Source: Pseudomonadota bacterium (lineage in GTDB: Bacteria; Pseudomonadota; Gammaproteobacteria; JAKAQQ01). Taken from it: DNA of 64,000 bases. The notes beneath the pieces are model-generated. The model had not been told where the DNA came from. It made no database searches and saw only the letters and a program-made list of their open reading frames with translations. The DNA lies in the NCBI GenBank assembly GCA_027320085.1, contig DAHVLZ010000037.1:1-64000 (forward strand), written 5' to 3'. Positions 26,817-36,438 of the stretch are shown here, in pieces. Each line of letters opens with the position of its first letter. The stretch's first letter is position 1. The translations under genes and the position numbers were made by a program.

Positions 26817-29027
26817 ATGGATAAAACCCCAACCCAGGTCGTCAAGGTCGCCGTTTTTTGCCCAAATTTGAACCTCTTGGATTATCTTTGGCCACTCTCC
26901 GAAGCTGGCTTGGGAGATCCCTCTGTCGGGGTGCGCGTCCGTGTGCCCCTAGGACCGCGCAGTGCCGCTGGAATCGTGATGGAAATTCTGCCATCGAGCC
27001 TGCTCCCCACGAGGCGGCTACGGCCCGTCACGGAAGTTCTTGGCCATGAACTCACGCCAGATCTTTGTGAGTTCATCTTCTGGGCCAGCCGTTACTACCA
27101 GATCGCCCCCGGGCTTGCTTTCCAAAGCGTGCTGCCTCCTGCGCTCAAGAGCCTGCAGCACTCCGGCCACAAGTCTAGGATTGTCTGGCGGACGACCGGA
27201 CCCGTTTCGGAGGACCGGTTGCATCGCCTTGGAACCACGAGTCGGCATCTGCTTGATCAGCTCAGGGGATCACCAGAGGGCTGTGAGGACCGTTCTTTCC
27301 CGGCATCGTCTCGTCGCCTTCTTCGTACGCTCCACCGTCGTGGCCTCGTGCTCAGGGTTGAGATGGACGGGATTTCCCACGAGATGGCAAGGCAGAAAGT
27401 TTCGACCGGAAAAATCCTGGAAACACCGCCAGAGGTTCTTAACCCTGCCCAGCTGGCAGCAGTTGGAGCCTTGTCCGACGGTCCGGAACATTTTCGCTGC
27501 GTGCTTCTCGAGGGGGTCACCGGGAGTGGCAAAACGCGGGTCTATCTTGAAGTTGCACGTCGGTGTCTTGCGCGGGGCCAATCGAGCCTCATTCTGGTCC
27601 CCGAAATCGCGCTCACCCCCCAGTTGACCCATGAGGCGGCGCGGATCCTTGGTGCTCCACCCTTGGTCTACCATTCGGAACGTTCCAGCGCCGAGCGCGA
27701 TCGCACCTGGCAGATCGCCCGTCGCCCACAGCCCTACTGTGTGGTGGGGACCCGGTCGGCGTTGTTTTTGCCCCTGATAAATCCGGGTCTTATCGTGATT
27801 GACGAGGAGCATGACACCTCGTTCAAGCAACAGGAGGGATTCCGCTACTCTGCGCGTGACCTTGCTGTCTGGCGGGCCCGGCAGCTCGATGTTCCGATCA
27901 TCCTCGGATCCGCAACCCCAAGCCTCGAGACCTTGGCCAATGTCGAGAGTGGTCGGTATCAGGTCATCCGGTTGCCGGAGCGGGCAGGCACAGGGCAGAT
28001 TCCGGAATCGATACTGGTGGACATCCGGGGCCAGTCCCTCACCGGGGGGTTGGCGGCAAGCACACTAGTCCGGATGGCGGCACACCTCGAGGCTGACGGG
28101 CAGGTTCTGGTTTATCTCGACCGCCGGGGGTTTGCCCGCCATCTGGTTTGTCCCGCTTGCGGATGGGTTGCCGAATGTCCGGAGTGTGCTGCATCCTTCA
28201 CAGTACACCGCACGCCGGATCAACTCCTCTGTCACCGCTGTGGTGGAAACGAACGTCTGCCGGGGATTTGTCCTCACTGCGGGGAGAGTCTTCTGCCGCG
28301 GGGCACCGGGACCGAAAGGATCGAGGCTGTTTTGTCAGAACGATTCCCGGATGTGGGAGTTGTCCGCTTGGACCGGGACCGGGTGAGCCGGAAGGAGGTA
28401 CTCGAGACGATCCTGTCCTCGGTCCGCGAACGCCGGGCTCGGATCTTGGTCGGGACACAGATGGTGACCAAGGGGCACGACTTCCATGGAGTTACCCTAG
28501 TCATCGTTGTGGATGCTGACCAAGGCCTTTTCAGTGCCGATTTCAGGGCACCCGAACGGCTCGGGCAGAGGCTCGTGCAGGTTGCCGGCCGGGCAGGACG
28601 TGGAACACGTCCCGGATCCGTGTTGCTGCAGACCCGCCATCCGGAACACCCGCTTTTCCAAGATCTTCTGGCAGGTTCCTATGCGGCTTTTGCCCGTCGC
28701 CTGCTCGACGAACGGCGAGCCGCCGGCTGGCCACCGTATGGCCACTTGGTTCTGGCTACGGCCGAATCATCGGACCGTGAGCGGGCACGGGGGTTTCTCG
28801 AGGACGCAGGGCGCAGATTGGCAGCTCAAGCCGGAGGGGGAGACTGGGTCGTTTGGGGTCCGGCCCCCGCCTTACGGGCCAAACAGGCGGGTCGCTGGCG
28901 TTTCCAGCTCCTCATCCGGGGGGAGAGCCGGGCCTCCCTGCAACGGGCCTGCGGTCAGCTCCTCAACCTGCGGATACCCCGTACCTTGCGCTTTCATCTC
29001 GATGTCGATCCATATGACCTCGGCTGA
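26817..29027 (+). CDS. priA: Primosomal protein N' (replication restart helicase)
   Basis: GVTGSGKT, LVPEIALTPQ, DEEHD.SFKQQEG.RY.ARD, four CxxC, GTQMVTKGHDF, QVAGRAGR, DVDP. Confidence 0.96.
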   Translation: MDKTPTQVVKVAVFCPNLNLLDYLWPLSEAGLGDPSVGVRVRVPLGPRSAAGIVMEILPSSLLPTRRLRPVTEVLGHELTPDLCEFIFWASRYYQIAPGLAFQSVLPPALKSLQHSGHKSRIVWRTTGPVSEDRLHRLGTTSRHLLDQLRGSPEGCEDRSFPASSRRLLRTLHRRGLVLRVEMDGISHEMARQKVSTGKILETPPEVLNPAQLAAVGALSDGPEHFRCVLLEGVTGSGKTRVYLEVARRCLARGQSSLILVPEIALTPQLTHEAARILGAPPLVYHSERSSAERDRTWQIARRPQPYCVVGTRSALFLPLINPGLIVIDEEHDTSFKQQEGFRYSARDLAVWRARQLDVPIILGSATPSLETLANVESGRYQVIRLPERAGTGQIPESILVDIRGQSLTGGLAASTLVRMAAHLEADGQVLVYLDRRGFARHLVCPACGWVAECPECAASFTVHRTPDQLLCHRCGGNERLPGICPHCGESLLPRGTGTERIEAVLSERFPDVGVVRLDRDRVSRKEVLETILSSVRERRARILVGTQMVTKGHDFHGVTLVIVVDADQGLFSADFRAPERLGQRLVQVAGRAGRGTRPGSVLLQTRHPEHPLFQDLLAGSYAAFARRLLDERRAAGWPPYGHLVLATAESSDRERARGFLEDAGRRLAAQAGGGDWVVWGPAPALRAKQAGRWRFQLLIRGESRASLQRACGQLLNLRIPRTLRFHLDVDPYDLG

Positions 29028-29086
29028 AACGACCAACTGCGGGGAGCTTTGGTTACAATATTTTTCATTCAGATCGAGTTTGAAAT

Positions 29087-30826
29087 GTGAAAAATACCCT
29101 TGATGCCTGGTGCCGTGAGGCCTTTGCGTCACTGGGCTGGGAAGCCCCACCCGAATCCCTGATCGAGCGGCCCCGCGAGGCCAGCCACGGAGACTATGCC
29201 TGTCACGTCTCACTTCGGCTTGGCAAACGTTTCGGATGCACCCCTCTTGAGGTGGCCCAGACCCTGGCAGATCATCTCCCTGCCCATCCAGCAATCGGGC
29301 GTATCGAAGTCGTTCCTCCCGGCTTCATTAATTTTTACCTCGACCACTCAGAACTCATCCGGGGGTTGATCCGCGCGCTCGATGCTTCCCTGCCTTACGG
29401 CCACAGGGCTCCGGGGCGAGGCCGAATCTTGGTTGAGTTCGTATCCGCTAACCCCAACGGTCCCCTTCACATCGGCCATGGACGGGGTGCGGCTTACGGA
29501 GACTCCCTCTCTAACCTGCTTGAGGCGGTGGGGTACACGGTCGAGCGGGAATACTACGTGAATGATGCTGGACGCCAGATGTCGATCCTTGCTCTGAGTG
29601 TTTGGTTGCGCTACCTCGAGCACCGTGGCTGCCCATCACAAGCTTTCCCACATGCGGGTTACCGGGGTGATTACGTTCTGGAGTTGGCACGTGAGCTCGC
29701 GGCGGTTGCTGGTGATCGGTATGAAGAGCCCGAGACTTCCTTGCAGGAACTGCCTCCGGATGGAACTGAGCCCGAGAATGCGGCGGACCAGCACATCGAT
29801 GCCCGTGTGGCTGCGATGAAGAAGATGCTCGGCCCGACACGTTATGCTGCGCTCTACGATTTTGCACTTGACCGCATGAGTGAGCGGATCCAAAAGGATC
29901 TGAGCGATTTCGGGGTGCGTCATGATCGATGGTTCTCCGAGCGTTCCCTCTATGATTCGGGTTGGGTGAAAGAGACGGTGGCAATCCTCAATCGGAGCGG
30001 GGAAACGTACCGATCCGAAGGAGCACTCTGGTTTCGTGCCAGTGCCCATGGAGACGAGAAGGATCGCGTTCTCGTGAGGGCGAACGGGGAATATACCTAT
30101 TTCTCGCCTGATCTGGCCTACCACCGGGACAAGCTGACACGGGGGTACCACCGGATCATTGATGTGCTGGGTGCGGATCATCACGGTTATGCCCCGCGTA
30201 TCCGGGCCGGAATTGAAGCCCTGGGCGAGGATCCCTCACGCCTCGAAGTCATCCTCATCCAATTTGCTGTCCTCATCCGGGGTGGACGGAAGGTTCAAAT
30301 GTCAACCCGCTCCGGATCTTTCATTGCGCTTTCCGAACTCGTGACTGAGGTCGGGCGGGATGCGGCCCGCTTCTTTTACGTGCTGCGCTCGGAAGCCCAG
30401 CACCTCGATTTCGACCTTGATCTTGCCAAGCGGCAGTCCCAGGAAAACCCGGTGTACTACGTCCAGTATGCCCATGCCCGTGTGGCGAGTCTATGGCGGG
30501 AATGCGAGGAACGGGGGCTTGTCTACGATCCGGAAGACCGGCAGTCTTTCTCGAAGCTTGTCCATCCCCTGGAACGCGTACTTCTCGTGAATCTTGCCCG
30601 GTATCCGGAGACGCTCGAGCAGGCTGTCCTGGCACGTGCTCCCCACCTTTTGGCCCAGTACTTGCGTGAGTTGGCGGCAGCCTTTCACGGGTATTACAAC
30701 GGAGTTCCTCTCCTGGTCGACGATGCGTCGTTACGGAATGCCCGTCTCAGTCTATGCCGTGCCACTCGACTGGTGCTGGCGGATGGTCTGTCACTCTTGG
30801 GTGTGTCGGCGCCCGTGAGGATGTAG
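29087..30826 (+). CDS. argS: Arginine--tRNA ligase
   Basis: VEFVSANPNGPLHIGHGRGAA, EYYVNDAGRQ, GADHHGY, MSTRSG, NPVYYVQYAHAR, LGVSAP..M. Confidence 0.97.
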   Translation: MKNTLDAWCREAFASLGWEAPPESLIERPREASHGDYACHVSLRLGKRFGCTPLEVAQTLADHLPAHPAIGRIEVVPPGFINFYLDHSELIRGLIRALDASLPYGHRAPGRGRILVEFVSANPNGPLHIGHGRGAAYGDSLSNLLEAVGYTVEREYYVNDAGRQMSILALSVWLRYLEHRGCPSQAFPHAGYRGDYVLELARELAAVAGDRYEEPETSLQELPPDGTEPENAADQHIDARVAAMKKMLGPTRYAALYDFALDRMSERIQKDLSDFGVRHDRWFSERSLYDSGWVKETVAILNRSGETYRSEGALWFRASAHGDEKDRVLVRANGEYTYFSPDLAYHRDKLTRGYHRIIDVLGADHHGYAPRIRAGIEALGEDPSRLEVILIQFAVLIRGGRKVQMSTRSGSFIALSELVTEVGRDAARFFYVLRSEAQHLDFDLDLAKRQSQENPVYYVQYAHARVASLWRECEERGLVYDPEDRQSFSKLVHPLERVLLVNLARYPETLEQAVLARAPHLLAQYLRELAAAFHGYYNGVPLLVDDASLRNARLSLCRATRLVLADGLSLLGVSAPVRM

Positions 30827-30827
30827 A

Positions 30828-31454
30828 GTGGTGGCGCCACGCCGGAGGCCTGTGAACCGCCAGCAGCGGGTCCGGAGCAGTTTGCGGGAACGCAAACCGC
30901 GAGGCTTTCGCCCCTGGGGCTGGGTGAGTCTGTTTCTGTTTCTGATCATTGTTGCACTCGTCGTTGTGCCCGTCATCCGGCGTTCGCTCAGGACTGCGGA
31001 ACGACTGGAGCACCGGACGGCCATTCCCCGTGTGGTTCAAGCGCATCCCGAGCCCACACCGGCGACCGTAAAACGGGCCGAAAAGACCTTTTCCTTCTAT
31101 ACGCAGCTCAAAAGGCGTTTTGAGATCGTCCTGCCGGAAGAAGAACGCAGTGCACGCACAGATCATGGGCGCCATCCCATCGTCCATCCCGGGCGCTACC
31201 TGATCCAGGTTGGATCCTTTCGCCACTGGCAGAGAGCCAACCAGCTCAAGGCTAAGCTTGCCTTGTGGGGGATTGTGGCGCAGATCAACCCGGTCCGGAT
31301 CAGCAACGGAGAACGCTGGGATCGCGTCCAGATCGGCCCCATTGATCGCCTGAATCGCCTCAATGCCCTGAGGAAACTTCTATCACGGCACCGCGTGACG
31401 ACGCTCCTCATCCGTCTCAATCTGCCGGCCCGGGGTCCGGGACCCGCTTACTGA
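30828..31454 (+). CDS. SPOR-domain cell-division protein (FtsN-like)
   Basis: Basic N-terminus + TM, FSFYTQL, YLIQVGSF...A..LKAKL, RVQIGP; typical position after argS. Confidence 0.85.
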   Translation: MVAPRRRPVNRQQRVRSSLRERKPRGFRPWGWVSLFLFLIIVALVVVPVIRRSLRTAERLEHRTAIPRVVQAHPEPTPATVKRAEKTFSFYTQLKRRFEIVLPEEERSARTDHGRHPIVHPGRYLIQVGSFRHWQRANQLKAKLALWGIVAQINPVRISNGERWDRVQIGPIDRLNRLNALRKLLSRHRVTTLLIRLNLPARGPGPAY

Positions 31455-31684
31455 AGCTGAAACCCTCTGCGTTTCCTCCAACGGTTCAGGGATTTGAAAG
31501 GATTTGATGTTTCGATCACGCTGATTACGGACCAGGAGGAGCAGCCGACGTCATGGGGCGTCACCTCGAAGTCTGTCAGGTCATACAGAGTCCTTTCCTG
31601 AATCTTCCTCTGGAAGGACCCGGGCACCCCCCCCTGGCTTGGGGGGGAATGTCCCTTGGATAAATCAAGAAAGCCTAATGGATC

Positions 31685-31713
31685 TTGACGATGAGGGATC
31701 CGCATCCTAAAAT
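31685..31713 (+). promoter_or_regulatory. Sigma70 promoter for the riboswitch-Ehr operon
   Basis: TTGACG (31685-31690), 17-nt spacer, TAAAAT (31708-31713); predicted start site lies just 5' of the aptamer. Confidence 0.85.
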
Positions 31714-31722
31714 ATTCCTGAC

Positions 31723-31770
31723 GGTGATGGAGTTCGCCGAAAAAAACGCCATCGGGCTAATAACTCCTGT
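31723..31770 (+). ncRNA. Fluoride riboswitch (crcB motif)
   Basis: GGTGATGGAGTTCGCC-GAAAAAAAC-GCCATCGGGC-TAATAACTCCT. P1 GGTGA/TCGCC, pseudoknot GGAGTT/AACTCC, P2 GCC/GGC, with the conserved GATGG and TAATR segments. Confidence 0.93.
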
Positions 31771-31804
31771 GTGAATCCAAGCATTTGAGGGTACCCCTCG
31801 GAGC

Positions 31805-32761
31805 ATGCGCGGGATCATGACAGGCGACGCCGTTTTCCAGCAGGTTTGCCAGGTGTTGGCCGTGCTGTGCTTGGCGCCTCTCCTCCACGGATTCATTGTG
31901 ACCTGCCGCGAGAAAATCGCCCGTGGGAAAGGACCGCCGATCCTTCAACCCTACCGGGATCTTTACAAGCTGTTCCACAAGGAACAGCTTGTTCCGGAAA
32001 CCGCCTCGTTTATCTTCTGGATTGCCCCAATCGTGGCATTCACGGCCGTACTCACGGTCCCTCTCCTAATTCCCGTACTCACCAACTATCCCCTGCCATT
32101 TTCGGATATGGGCGACATATTGGGGGGCGGGCTCATCCTGGCCTTGGCCGGCTTCTTCATCGGGCTCGCGGGCCTGGACAGTAGCCATCCGTACGGGGGG
32201 CTGGGCTCGAGCCGAGAAGCGATGCTTGGGATTCTCGCCGAACCCACGTTGATCGTGGTGTTCATCGGCATCACCCTGCTTGACCGGTCAATGCTGCCCT
32301 TTGTCGTGAACCATCTGCTTGTGGCCGAGCCATCCGTCTACTGGAGTCCGGGCCACCTCCTCTTGGTTGCCGCCTTTTTCATCCTGTTGACTGTTGAGAC
32401 CGAGCACCTGCCCATTCATTCAGACACCCATCATGAGATCTACATGATCGGGGAGGCTCGTCTCCTCGAATATTCTGGTCCGCTCCTGGGGCTCCTCAAG
32501 TGGTCCTCTTGGATGAAGAGGGCCATCCTCTACACCATCTTCGTCAATGTCCTAACTCTGCCTTGGGGCCTTTCTGTTCGGGGATCGGTTCCGGGATTAC
32601 TTGAGGCGACGGGAATTCTGCTCTCGAAGTGGGCACTCGTTGCCCTTTTGCTTGTGATGATCGATTCCCTCCAGTCCCGATTGCGCTTCTACCGCTACCA
32701 GGAGCCTCTGGCCCTCTCGTTCCTTCTTGCGATTCTGGCTGTGATCGCCCACCAGCTTTAG
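31805..32761 (+). CDS. Ehr/hydrogenase-4 membrane subunit, HyfC/HycD (NuoH family)
   Basis: GPPILQPYRDLYKLFHKE, GGLGSSREAM..LAEP, ET..LP, LEYSGP.L, SRLR. Start is 31805 or 31817. Confidence 0.9.
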   Translation: MRGIMTGDAVFQQVCQVLAVLCLAPLLHGFIVTCREKIARGKGPPILQPYRDLYKLFHKEQLVPETASFIFWIAPIVAFTAVLTVPLLIPVLTNYPLPFSDMGDILGGGLILALAGFFIGLAGLDSSHPYGGLGSSREAMLGILAEPTLIVVFIGITLLDRSMLPFVVNHLLVAEPSVYWSPGHLLLVAAFFILLTVETEHLPIHSDTHHEIYMIGEARLLEYSGPLLGLLKWSSWMKRAILYTIFVNVLTLPWGLSVRGSVPGLLEATGILLSKWALVALLLVMIDSLQSRLRFYRYQEPLALSFLLAILAVIAHQL

Positions 32762-32768
32762 GACGCCG

Positions 32769-33458
32769 GTGCCGACTCTCTCCCCCACCGGCTTGAACCA
32801 AGCGATCCTGGACCTCATCGCCATGTGTGTGCTTCTTCTCACCTTCGTGATGCTGGGTTCGCACTGGATCCGGAACCATATCCTTGCGTTCGCAGCCCAA
32901 TCCTGGGTGTTGGCCTTGCTATCTGCCTTCATCGGTTTTTCCGGCCACTATCCGGCACTGCTGGTCATTGCGGGACTGACCTTGCTCTTCCGCGGGCTGA
33001 TACTTCCCCATCTCCTGGTCCGTATCCTAGACCGGGCCCATCTCAACCGGGAGTTTGCCCCGGTGGTCCAGTCGGCCATGAGTGTCGTCATGGGTGCATT
33101 GTGCGTTCTTCTGGCCTACGGGGCAGCTCTCCGTCTGGGCCAGGCTGTAACCGGGCAGAGCCCAGTCACGCCTGTCATGCGAATTGGGCTGACCAGCCTC
33201 CTCGCGGTTGTTCTGATCGGGTTCCTGATGCTGGTCCTGCGACGGGAGGCGGTGAGCCACCTCTTAGGGCTCCTCGTGATCGAAAATGGCATTTTCCTGG
33301 GGTCACTGATCCTCATGCCGGGACTCCCACTGCTCCTCGAGTTTGTGGTGTTGTTCGATCTCCTGCTTATCGTGGTCGCTCTCGGCATGTTCGTTCGATA
33401 CCTCCGGGCTGAAATCGGTTCGACCGACAGCCGGGCGCTGGACCGGCTCGTGGGATGA
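32769..33458 (+). CDS. Ehr/hydrogenase-4 subunit, HyfE-like (NuoK-related)
   Basis: Multi-TM; FAAQS..L, GL.VIENGIFL, PLLLE..VLFD, C-terminal L..L.G. Confidence 0.88.
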   Translation: MPTLSPTGLNQAILDLIAMCVLLLTFVMLGSHWIRNHILAFAAQSWVLALLSAFIGFSGHYPALLVIAGLTLLFRGLILPHLLVRILDRAHLNREFAPVVQSAMSVVMGALCVLLAYGAALRLGQAVTGQSPVTPVMRIGLTSLLAVVLIGFLMLVLRREAVSHLLGLLVIENGIFLGSLILMPGLPLLLEFVVLFDLLLIVVALGMFVRYLRAEIGSTDSRALDRLVG

Positions 33459-33462
33459 GCCC

Positions 33463-34920
33463 ATGATCTGGGCCTCACTCGGGATCCTGCTCACGGTCAC
33501 GGCCCTGGCCTCGGCCCTTTGCTGGATCGTGCGCCAGCCCCGCATTGCCGAGATCGTCAACCTCGCCGCAGCCACGATCGATTGTCTTCTTGTGTGCTGG
33601 CTGTTGGTGGTGACGCCGTCAGGTGGTGTGCGGGGGGTAGGGAACTATCTCCGACTCGGTCCGTTGGGGCTGTGGGTGATGTTGTGCACTGCTATCGTCT
33701 ATTTTCTGGCTTCGCTTCATGCAATCGGATACATGCGACGAATGCGCAAGGAGAAGGAGCGACTGAATCGCTTCTATGGGATGTTCGCGGTCTTTGCGCT
33801 GACTCTTTTCCTGGCGCCGGTCGAGAACAACCCAGGGCTCTTCTGGATCGCGATCGAGCTCACCACCATCGCAAGCGCTTTCCTGGTTGCATTCCAGCGG
33901 GCACCTGAAACCATCGAAGCTGCCTGGAAGTATGTCGTCATCGCAACGGCCGGCCTGTCGCTGGCACTCCTTGGAACGATTCTCTTCTACTGGGCTGGCA
34001 CCTTTACGTTGGGTCCCTCCTATAACATGACCTGGAGCCGCTTCGCTGCCATTGCCCCCTTGGCCAATCCCGGCTTGGTTTTTTTCGCCTTCCTGCTCGT
34101 GATGGTTGGCTTTGGGACCAAGGTCGGCCTCGTGCCCATGCATACCTGGCTCCCAGACGCGCACAGCGAGGCCCCCGCCCCGGTTTCGGCGATGCTCTCG
34201 GGGGCGCTCTTGAACTGCGCGATGCTAGGCATTGTGCGTTTTCTCGAGATCCTGAAGAGTACGCCTGAACACGCACTGGCCCAAACCGCTCTCGTCATGA
34301 TGGGCGCCTTGAGCCTTCTCGTCGCGGCCCTGTTCATTGTTCGCCAGCGGCTGATCAAGCGCCTGGCCGCCTATTCGAGCATTGAGCACATGGGAATCAT
34401 GGCCATGGGGTTCGGGTTCGGCGGGGCTCTGGGCGTGATGGGTGCGCTCTACCAGATGCTTAATCACTCAGTGACCAAATCGGCGGTTTTTTTCGGGGCC
34501 GGAAGCACGATGCGCGCATACCAGAGTAAGCAGATCGCGGGTATCCGGCGCGTGCTGGATGCCTTTCCGGTGGTAGGGTTGCTTTGGCTCGCGTCCGCCC
34601 TTGCGATTACGGGAGCTCCTCCCTTCGGCATGTTCTGGGGCGAGATCACACTGCTCCAGGGTGGCATGGCGAGTGGGAACCGCTGGGCCGTGGTTTGGAC
34701 GGTCGTCATCCTGATCGTGGTTTTCATTGGCTTTTTGAGCCACTTCCGCAGGATGTATTTCGGCCGGCCACCGACCAGACCACCCGAGGCCGCCTTCCAT
34801 TGGACTGAATTAGCTTCGCTCGCGCTGGCCGTGGCAGCCGCGCTGGGACTCGGCCTCTGGTGGCCCTCTTCCGTTTGGGCCTATCTCCGCGCGATCGCAC
34901 ACCATCTGGGATCCACCTGA
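33463..34920 (+). CDS. Ehr/hydrogenase-4 antiporter-like subunit, HyfF-like
   Basis: WIAIELTTIASAFLV, EAAWKY, GFGTKVGLVPMHTWLPDAHSEAP.PVSAMLSG, KRL.AYSSIEHMG, NHSVTK, GAPPFG.F..E. Confidence 0.92.
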   Translation: MIWASLGILLTVTALASALCWIVRQPRIAEIVNLAAATIDCLLVCWLLVVTPSGGVRGVGNYLRLGPLGLWVMLCTAIVYFLASLHAIGYMRRMRKEKERLNRFYGMFAVFALTLFLAPVENNPGLFWIAIELTTIASAFLVAFQRAPETIEAAWKYVVIATAGLSLALLGTILFYWAGTFTLGPSYNMTWSRFAAIAPLANPGLVFFAFLLVMVGFGTKVGLVPMHTWLPDAHSEAPAPVSAMLSGALLNCAMLGIVRFLEILKSTPEHALAQTALVMMGALSLLVAALFIVRQRLIKRLAAYSSIEHMGIMAMGFGFGGALGVMGALYQMLNHSVTKSAVFFGAGSTMRAYQSKQIAGIRRVLDAFPVVGLLWLASALAITGAPPFGMFWGEITLLQGGMASGNRWAVVWTVVILIVVFIGFLSHFRRMYFGRPPTRPPEAAFHWTELASLALAVAAALGLGLWWPSSVWAYLRAIAHHLGST

Positions 34921-36428
34921 TGCGGCCCTGCACGAGCCGGGTCATCAGGGCTGAGGAACTCCCGAAGCTGCTCGACGAGTTTCTGCCAGCCGCCGCTTGT
35001 CCGGACCCGCATCGGCGGCTCCGCATGGCTTATGCTCGCAAGGCGGGTGAAACCGATCTTGAAGTCCTCTACTACCTGAGCCTAGGAAAAGGTCGCACCG
35101 ATCTCTTCCTGCGCGTTTCCCCCGAGCGGAATGTTATGCCCAGCGTGGCGAACCGATTCCCCTCGCTATCATGGTACGAGCGCGAAATGCATGACCTCTT
35201 CGGCATCGACTTTGCCGGACACCCCGAACTTCATCCGCTCGTCCTGCATGAGGGGGCCACCACATTGCGGCCGCCCCTGCTCGGGCAGGCCGGGGCTCCA
35301 ATCCATTACCGGACATCACCACCCTCGGTCCCGACGATGCACGCAACCGAGATCCAACGCCTCCCGTTCGGTCCCGTTCGTGCGGATATCGTCGAGTCGG
35401 CCCAATTTCTTTTCTACTACATCGGTGAGGGGATTCTCCACTTTCACCAGCGGCTTTTCTACAAGCATCGCGGCATGGAAAAGCGTTTCGAAGGCGTCTC
35501 ACCCATGGCCGGGATCATCCTGGCTGAACGGGTTTCCGGCACAGATTCAGTGGCGCATGCCTTGGCGTTCTGTCAGGCCTGCGAGATGGCCCTGGGTCTT
35601 TTGCCCCCCCCGCGGGCACTTGGCATCAGGACCATCCTCGCGGAACTTGAACGACTGGCAAACCACCTCCATTATTTTGCAGAACTGGCGCGGATGACGA
35701 CTCTGCGCGTAGCAGCTGCACAAGGAGCATGGCTCGAGGAGCAAGTTCGGCAGATCAATGGGGCTCTGACCGGAAGCCGTTTTCTGCGTGGCTTCTTGGG
35801 CGTTGGTGGACTTCGGCGGGATCTCGAACCTTCTGGTCTGGCCAGCCGTCTGACCGACCTCGAGCCCGGGATTTCGGATTTTCTCGACAAACTTGCGGAC
35901 ACTCGGAGTTATCTTGACCGCCTGATCGGTACTGGCCGGCTCTCAACCGATGTGGCCATGGACCAGGGGGCTACCGGTCCGGTCGAGCGAGCGAGTGGGC
36001 TCGACCGGGATCTCCGCCGAGATCGGCCATACGGTTCTTATGGAATGCTCGAGTTCAGGGTTCCCCAGGAGTCCGAAGGCGATGCCCTGGCCCGGGCCCA
36101 AGTTCGCCGCGCCGAAGTGACCGAGTCTCTCGCCCTGGTCCGTGAGTCCCTCGCGCGTCTCGAGTCGGGCCCGATCACCACGGATCAGCCGGATGAAGGA
36201 CCGGATCCGGCGGGAGAGGGATTGGGGGCGGTCGAGGGTACCCGGGGCGGGCTTTACTACGCGGTCCACTTCGACCCAGACGGGAAATGCTTGCTGCGCG
36301 TCAAGATCAAGGAACCCTCATTTTCCAACTGGCGTGTTTTCCCATTCACTGTGAAGGATACCAATCTCATGGACTACGCCATCAACGAGGCCAGCTTCGG
36401 CCTCTCGATCGCTGGCGCTGACCGCTAG
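34920..36428 (+). CDS. Ehr large subunit (HyfG/HycE, NuoC+NuoD fold) lacking Ni-Fe cysteines
   Basis: NuoC-like WYEREMHDLFGI.F.GHP; YKHRGMEK; AERVSGTDSVAH in place of RxCGxC; ELERLANH; C-terminus DYAINEASFGLSIAGADR in place of DPCxxC. Confidence 0.92.
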   Translation: MRPCTSRVIRAEELPKLLDEFLPAAACPDPHRRLRMAYARKAGETDLEVLYYLSLGKGRTDLFLRVSPERNVMPSVANRFPSLSWYEREMHDLFGIDFAGHPELHPLVLHEGATTLRPPLLGQAGAPIHYRTSPPSVPTMHATEIQRLPFGPVRADIVESAQFLFYYIGEGILHFHQRLFYKHRGMEKRFEGVSPMAGIILAERVSGTDSVAHALAFCQACEMALGLLPPPRALGIRTILAELERLANHLHYFAELARMTTLRVAAAQGAWLEEQVRQINGALTGSRFLRGFLGVGGLRRDLEPSGLASRLTDLEPGISDFLDKLADTRSYLDRLIGTGRLSTDVAMDQGATGPVERASGLDRDLRRDRPYGSYGMLEFRVPQESEGDALARAQVRRAEVTESLALVRESLARLESGPITTDQPDEGPDPAGEGLGAVEGTRGGLYYAVHFDPDGKCLLRVKIKEPSFSNWRVFPFTVKDTNLMDYAINEASFGLSIAGADR

Positions 36429-36438
36429 GGGGAATACG

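Noticed and set aside
31448-31705. 85-aa minus-strand ORF and C8/G7 hairpin upstream of the Ehr promoter
   Set aside because: No RBS or recognisable motif, and it overlaps the promoter; the hairpin has no U-tract and no assignable role.
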